The notes beneath the pieces are model-generated. The model saw nothing but the letters and a program-made list of their open reading frames with translations, ran no database searches and was not told the origin of the DNA. From contig JAHBUQ010000001.1 of NCBI GenBank assembly GCA_019637995.1, positions 1,103,589 to 1,167,588 on the forward strand: 64,000 nucleotides of DNA, read 5' to 3'. This DNA is from Ignavibacteriota bacterium (GTDB taxonomy: Bacteria > Bacteroidota > Ignavibacteria > Kapaibacteriales > UBA2268). The first letter of the stretch is position 1, and every line of letters begins with the position of its first letter. Below, one piece after another: positions 59,401 to 64,000 of the stretch. The position numbers and the translations under genes were made by a program.

Positions 59401-59889
59401 TCACTCCATAAATAGAAACGGTTTCCATGATTCTTCAAGTTTACCTATGTGCTGTTTAAGAAAAACAATATGATTTGGCTTTCTTGGCTTTGATAATAAA
59501 GGCATCCCTGCTTCTTCAGGAGTTCGGTTGCCTTTTTTATTATTACAACGTACACAAGCAGTTATAAGATTTTCCCATGACTCAACACCACCTCTTGACC
59601 TTGGAATAATATGGTCAATAGTCATTTCGATACTATTCTTATTGCAATACTGGCAGCGATTACCATCACGTTTAATAACATTTTTACGGGACAGTTCCAC
59701 ATTTTTTAATGGAATTTTTACATAAGTCATTAGTTTAATGACACTTGGATATGGAAAATAATTATTGATTGTCCTGATAGTTCTGTTTTTTCTTTCTACA
59801 ACCATCTCCGCTTTGAAAAGAAGCAAAAGCACAATTGCTTTTCTGACCGAACAAAGACTTACAGGCTCATAACTTTGATTTAATACCAA
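59401..59889 (-). CDS. HNH endonuclease (McrA/COG1403-like stand-alone HNH), 162 aa
   Basis: HNH core CQYCNKNSIEMTIDHIIPRSRGGVESWENLITACVRCNNKKGN and the conserved N-terminal (K)VLVLNQSYEPVSL. The start is TTG. The frame stays open upstream to a TAA near 60030 without a canonical start. Confidence 0.85.
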   Translation of the reverse strand: MVLNQSYEPVSLCSVRKAIVLLLLFKAEMVVERKNRTIRTINNYFPYPSVIKLMTYVKIPLKNVELSRKNVIKRDGNRCQYCNKNSIEMTIDHIIPRSRGGVESWENLITACVRCNNKKGNRTPEEAGMPLLSKPRKPNHIVFLKQHIGKLEESWKPFLFME

Positions 59890-60133
59890 AACCTTACCAC
59901 CTAACCCCGTTGATTCTTTGATTAACGGTTCACTTCGAGGCTCTAAGTACTCATATTCACTTCTTAAAAAACTGAAAACTGGCTCCTTTATTTTAACTGT
60001 AATTAAGTCGTTACAAATGCTTAATTTATTTTATCTAAAATAATATTTAAATAAAAATTTTTGATGTATTATCAATTAATTTCAAGTTAAGCAATAATTA
60101 TTTATGAAGTTTTCATATATGATATGTTTTAAT

Positions 60134-60169
60134 CAGCTATCAACCTGATAGCTAATTATAGCTATCAGG
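60134..60169. repeat. Three 8-bp half-sites AGCTATCA / TGATAGCT / AGCTATCA (arranged forward, reverse, forward with spacers of 3 and 6), allowing two mutually exclusive hairpins. Candidate operator or RNA switch.
   Basis: CAGCTATCAACCTGATAGCTAATTATAGCTATCAGG, read directly. It lies about 245 nt upstream of the HNH start and about 115 nt downstream of the MNT stop. Confidence 0.4.
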
Positions 60170-60213
60170 TGGGTGAAATTATTATCAGGAGATTTGGAAG
60201 AATATAATATTTA

Positions 60214-60264
60214 TCCTACCTCACCACCACTACCTGCTCCCTAAGCAGTGTCCAGGGTGTTACC
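60214..60264 (-). repeat. Orphan copy (about 80% nucleotide identity) of the 3' coding end of the 60697 gene. On the minus strand it reads LNCGKVTPWTLLREQVVVVR*, compared with the in-gene GIYTIHLTAPWTLLREQVVVVR*.
   Basis: A direct repeat of about 50 bp flanks the MNT gene. This copy is preceded by an in-frame TAA, so it is non-coding or only a 23-aa remnant. Confidence 0.6.
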
Positions 60265-60283
60265 TTGCCGCAATTAAGACACA

Positions 60284-60643
60284 CTAATTATTTTTTATTG
60301 AGATTTCAATGCCATTTTGTTTTACATTTTGAATAACAGGCGATATTTTATCATTAATAAATCTTTTTAATCCTACGGGATATGGTTCGATTTTATAATT
60401 TGATTTTGCTGTTAATTTCCAAATTATACCAAGATATTTATCTCTATCCTCATCAAATTCCGGAGCTACAAGCATTAAATCTATGTCACTATCTGCATTT
60501 TCAGTTCCATTTGCATAACTTCCATAAAGTAATACTTTAGAAAGATTTATACTATTGTTATTCAAATCAGATATATACTCTTGAATCATTTTTATAATAG
60601 ACTCTTTAACCATTGTAGTAATTCCTCTGTTTCTTATTAGCAA
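60284..60643 (-). CDS. Minimal nucleotidyltransferase (MNT, Pol-beta superfamily), 119 aa; antitoxin-like of HEPN/MNT pairs, with no HEPN partner found
   Basis: GS motif LLYGSYANGTENADSDIDLMLV (hG[GS] ... DhDhhh). Small size. Confidence 0.75.
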   Translation of the reverse strand: MLIRNRGITTMVKESIIKMIQEYISDLNNNSINLSKVLLYGSYANGTENADSDIDLMLVAPEFDEDRDKYLGIIWKLTAKSNYKIEPYPVGLKRFINDKISPVIQNVKQNGIEISIKNN

Positions 60644-60694
60644 TCAGTTACTCATATTTTTAAACGAATAAGTTCCATATTATTATACAACATC

Positions 60695-60745
60695 TCCTAC
60701 CTCACCACAACCACCTGCTCTCTAAGCAACGTCCAGGGGGCTGTT
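60695..60745 (-). repeat. In-gene copy of the tail-coding repeat, the true 3' end of the 60697 gene. Partner of 60214-60264.
   Basis: Same basis as 60214-60264. Confidence 0.6.
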
Positions 60746-63700
60746 AAGTGGATTGTATAAATGCCATTGCCCAGATTTTGTGTGTTAATGTTGTAGTCTT
60801 TTTGCTCGAATGTTTTGTCGGATTTTGTAAATTCTGTGCGATACACTTCACGACCCTGAACATCAAATATTACAAGGCGGAAGCTGCCATCCTCCTGCGT
60901 ACCGATGTTGACTTTCAACTCTCCGCCAGAAGGATTAGGTGAAACAGACATGCGTGTTGGGGCGAACTGCTGTATCCCACGAATTGGCACCTGACATAAG
61001 GAATCCAGTGTCAGTGAGCCGTCGCGGGTAGTAATAGAAAGCGATGCTTCACTTTCGATAAATTCAATATGAATTGGGGTGGTCATTCTTGGTGAAAATA
61101 ATACATCACCTTTCAGATGGAAAAGTACAGTTTCTGTGCTTGTAATTTCTGGGAAAGTATTCTCAATGACCATACTTTCATAATTACCATCAGGGGTTTT
61201 ACTTAGAATTTGAGCGTCAGGACTTGATACGTTGTAGTATAATTCAGGTAAATATCGTAAATTGAGTTTATATTTCTTGCCACTTATTTGTGCTCCAATA
61301 TCTGTATCTGCAAATATTGGAATTTCATAACCTTTTATTCCAACTTCAGAAGTGTGATGATTTGCCCAAATTGTCATTAATCGGCTGACATCTGCTTTAA
61401 GCGCAATTTTGATTGAATCTTCACAATCACCAAGTCTAAAATATACAGTCATTTCATCGGCATATTCGCCTATTATTTCAGATGAAAATGATATATTAAT
61501 CAATCCTTTTTCATTTTTGGAGATTGCTTTAGTAAATGATAAAATGCTGAAATTTGATGTAAGAGTTTTTACTTCTGAAATTTCAATTTCTTCACTTCTA
61601 TTCAAAATTTCAAAATTAATATTCTTGATTTCCCCCGGTTTTAATTTGCCAAAATCTATTACCGTTAAGTATTCAAGTTCGGGGATTACCCTTTCACCTA
61701 TTATTTCGACATCAAAATTTCTTTCAGAGCCATCAATCATCAGTTTAGCCCGGACTTTTGCGAAATTCTGAGATTTCACTTTGTCTTGTGGTAAATACCG
61801 CACTGCAACAGCTATATATTTCCCTGACACCAATTCAATAGGTAATGTTAAAACATCCACGAATTCAAAACTACCATCATTTTCTATAAACGAAAAACCA
61901 GTTACCTGAACAGGCGAATTTCCTGTATTATAGATGCGGAGACTATCAATAAGTTCTTCGCACCAAGGCACTTTTCCAAAGTCTATTCCGGTTATTTCAG
62001 CTTTTGAGGAATCAAACTTGCAAACCAAATTACTTGTTAAATCCGGTGAACATCTGCCACTGAAAATAAACTCTATATCAGTATTGATTTCACCTGTTAT
62101 TGATGATGATAACTCTAATTCAATTTCTATTTCCTGCATTGAGGGAATTTCAATCGGAAGTGCTGTTGCTAATGTTACTCTGTTATCACCAATTATAATA
62201 TTATTTAGTGTGAAATTATCTCTTGTATTATTTCTGATTGTAAGCACAGTATCGTATAATACGTTCAGATTTCTGATACCCATAACAATATCATTTACTG
62301 AAATATCAATCTCTGCATATTCGCCTTTGAGAGGACAGTTTAGTGTCTTTTCAGATGTAATAATTTCTAATATTGCAGATTTATTACCATAAGGAGCAAG
62401 CGGTTTGTACTCTATAACAAATTTTGCGGGGTTACCTCTGATAAGAATTTCACCATCATTTGGCTTTTCAAGAATAGTGAAGTTATCTGCATTTAAACCG
62501 ATTATTTGAGATGAATTATATGTCAAAGGCAAGTTGGTTACATTTTCAATCGTTATAGTATCTGTTTTATTCTCACAAAAATACAAATAGCCGTAGTCAA
62601 GTGAATCTGCATTAATTACTATACTTTCTGTTACACCCTTACCTTTGATGATTACCTCAAGTGTGTCAGGACAGCCCGTTCCGGCATAAATTTTATATTT
62701 GTACTCAAATGTTCCGGCAACTGTTGGAGTAAACTCTATCGTATAATCAAGGTATTCACCGCCTTTTATGAAATTGCTCGTTTGTTCAGGTGAAATCTGT
62801 TTGAATGGTGCTGGTAAATCTTTTATTGCTTGTATCCATGAAGCAACATCACCGTTATTGTAAATTCTGAATATACCGGATGCTGTATTATTAATCAGTA
62901 TTGTTCCCAAATCCCAGACCAAATCTGTTTCAATTATCACGGCTTTGGTTACTCCGCTAAACTCTACAGTATGGCTGAAATCTGAAATACTATTCTGCTT
63001 AAATACTACACTACCTGTATGAGTTTTATGCTGCTTGGGTGCGAAGATAATAGTAAATTCCTTCTTTTCACCCGCCTGAAGTGTGAATGCTTCATTTGGT
63101 ACTATTCTGTATCCTTCTCCTGTCAAGTGCGGTGGCTCAAATTCCATTTGTGAGTGCCATTCGTTGCTAACTTCTACCTTGAACAATGTCTCGTGGTTTA
63201 CGCATATTGTATCACTGATTTGTATTTTGGTTGGTGTTACACTCACAAGTTTGCTGTCGTCAAGCTTAAAACGGAACGTAATCAGGTCATAAAGTGCATT
63301 TGTACTCAATTTCGGATCTATGGTATTCCAATCAGGAAGAATATGTGTATATGATTCTATTGGATAAAAATCATCAAGAGCATATTTACTGCTGTCCTGC
63401 ATATAGGTCATTTCATCCACATTTGAAACAAAGTAGTCTAAGTAAAGTTCATGATTGAATATGCGAGAACTCTTAATTTCAAATAGTTGAAATTTTCTTG
63501 TTTTTTCATGGAGATTATCATATTTTATATAAAGAGCCGCTGTATCCTGCCAGATGACATCACCATCCGGTGACATTTTTGTTACCACAAGCCGCCTGGA
63601 TGTGGGGTGTGAGCGGTACTCCATTGAATCTATAAATCTCTGTATAAATATATTACCTATGCTGTCTAAACTCATTATCAGCTCCGTACCGGTATTCATT

Positions 63701-64000
63701 GTTGTATTAAAGTGAACTGTTGTGTTATGATGTATATTATCATTCATTTCTAAATAAGGATATTGAATCTGCTCCCTTAGGAATAAGTCAAAATAAGATT
63801 CCAATTCACCGTTTTCATTAAAACGTGTATAACTACTACCAGAGGTTGCCCTCAAATTACTAATTGTATAATTATCAGGAAATTTAAGGAACTGACTTAG
63901 CCATAAAAGTTTTCCTGTGCTATCGAATTTCATAAGACAGGGTTGCCCCTTATCAGGATTCGGATTATATGGATTAACCTTAATTCTGTCTTTGTACTTT
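60697..64000 (-). CDS. Very large secreted protein with many Ig-like (DUF1573/ASPM-type) repeats and a T9SS C-terminal sorting domain. Partial: the N-terminus lies beyond the window end.
   Basis: The frame is open past position 64000, reading ...KYKDRIKVNPYNPNPDKGQPCLMKFDS.... Repeated xIDFGxV...N.GN..L.I units. The tail is MSVSPNPSGGELKVNIG...GIYTIHLTAPWTLLREQVVVVR. Confidence 0.7.
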   Translation of the reverse strand, partial: KYKDRIKVNPYNPNPDKGQPCLMKFDSTGKLLWLSQFLKFPDNYTISNLRATSGSSYTRFNENGELESYFDLFLREQIQYPYLEMNDNIHHNTTVHFNTTMNTGTELIMSLDSIGNIFIQRFIDSMEYRSHPTSRRLVVTKMSPDGDVIWQDTAALYIKYDNLHEKTRKFQLFEIKSSRIFNHELYLDYFVSNVDEMTYMQDSSKYALDDFYPIESYTHILPDWNTIDPKLSTNALYDLITFRFKLDDSKLVSVTPTKIQISDTICVNHETLFKVEVSNEWHSQMEFEPPHLTGEGYRIVPNEAFTLQAGEKKEFTIIFAPKQHKTHTGSVVFKQNSISDFSHTVEFSGVTKAVIIETDLVWDLGTILINNTASGIFRIYNNGDVASWIQAIKDLPAPFKQISPEQTSNFIKGGEYLDYTIEFTPTVAGTFEYKYKIYAGTGCPDTLEVIIKGKGVTESIVINADSLDYGYLYFCENKTDTITIENVTNLPLTYNSSQIIGLNADNFTILEKPNDGEILIRGNPAKFVIEYKPLAPYGNKSAILEIITSEKTLNCPLKGEYAEIDISVNDIVMGIRNLNVLYDTVLTIRNNTRDNFTLNNIIIGDNRVTLATALPIEIPSMQEIEIELELSSSITGEINTDIEFIFSGRCSPDLTSNLVCKFDSSKAEITGIDFGKVPWCEELIDSLRIYNTGNSPVQVTGFSFIENDGSFEFVDVLTLPIELVSGKYIAVAVRYLPQDKVKSQNFAKVRAKLMIDGSERNFDVEIIGERVIPELEYLTVIDFGKLKPGEIKNINFEILNRSEEIEISEVKTLTSNFSILSFTKAISKNEKGLINISFSSEIIGEYADEMTVYFRLGDCEDSIKIALKADVSRLMTIWANHHTSEVGIKGYEIPIFADTDIGAQISGKKYKLNLRYLPELYYNVSSPDAQILSKTPDGNYESMVIENTFPEITSTETVLFHLKGDVLFSPRMTTPIHIEFIESEASLSITTRDGSLTLDSLCQVPIRGIQQFAPTRMSVSPNPSGGELKVNIGTQEDGSFRLVIFDVQGREVYRTEFTKSDKTFEQKDYNINTQNLGNGIYTIHLTAPWTLLREQVVVVR

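Noticed and set aside
59890-60283. Search for a HEPN/HepT toxin partner of the MNT gene
   Set aside because: There is no ORF of 90-150 aa with an Rx4-6H motif on either strand next to the MNT gene. It appears to be an orphan.
60214-60745. Integron attC or gene-cassette interpretation of the MNT insertion
   Set aside because: No intI, no attI and no imperfect-palindrome attC structure are present. The flanking repeats are direct copies of a coding 3' end, which is better explained by homologous recombination or duplication.

Overview
This 64-kb window is AT-rich and comes from a Gram-negative bacterium of the Fibrobacteres-Chlorobi-Bacteroidetes group. It looks Ignavibacteria- or Bacteroidota-like: at least eight proteins end in type IX secretion (T9SS) C-terminal sorting domains, an EF-G2-type paralog is present, and many genes have AGGAGG-like ribosome-binding sites. 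I found no rRNA, tRNA or CRISPR array.

Gene content, 5' to 3':
- A partial valS on the minus strand.
- A 14-kb block of three giant T9SS cargo genes: two S8 subtilases (1433 and 1616 aa) and a 1406-aa BNR/beta-propeller protein with Ig-like repeats.
- A housekeeping run: EF-G2-like GTPase, M16 peptidase, PAP2 phosphatase, sugar-phosphate nucleotidyltransferase, then metK, an isocitrate dehydrogenase-family gene and ahcY.
- Two tandem paralogous modules (26.1-30.1 kb and 30.4-35.5 kb). Each carries an ECF sigma factor, a translationally coupled single-pass membrane protein with an anti-sigma-like N-terminus and a predicted 8-strand outer-membrane beta-barrel C-terminus, one or two Ig-like lipoproteins, and a T9SS-tailed secreted protein.
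- The two modules are mosaic. They share near-identical nucleotide tracts (a 128-bp block inside the anti-sigma genes and a roughly 240-bp tail-coding block), a conserved 15-bp-stem hairpin, and a relic tail fragment. The second sigma gene carries an in-frame TAA near its 5' end.
- An S9 peptidase, a pspC/DUF4097 pair, a fused lycopene-cyclase-domain protein, etfB and etfA, a PaaZ-like aldehyde dehydrogenase/MaoC fusion, and an acyl-CoA carboxyltransferase beta subunit.
- Two paralogous T9SS cargo proteins, one with a WCGWC motif.
- Inorganic pyrophosphatase, P5C dehydrogenase, two coiled-coil lipoproteins (one with LysM), then phoH, cdaA, pcm and a PAP2 membrane protein.
- An HNH endonuclease and a minimal nucleotidyltransferase (MNT-type) gene. 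The MNT gene is flanked by a duplicated copy of the 3' tail-coding end of the adjacent giant T9SS gene, which runs off the window.

All function calls rest on motifs I could read directly. No database search was run.
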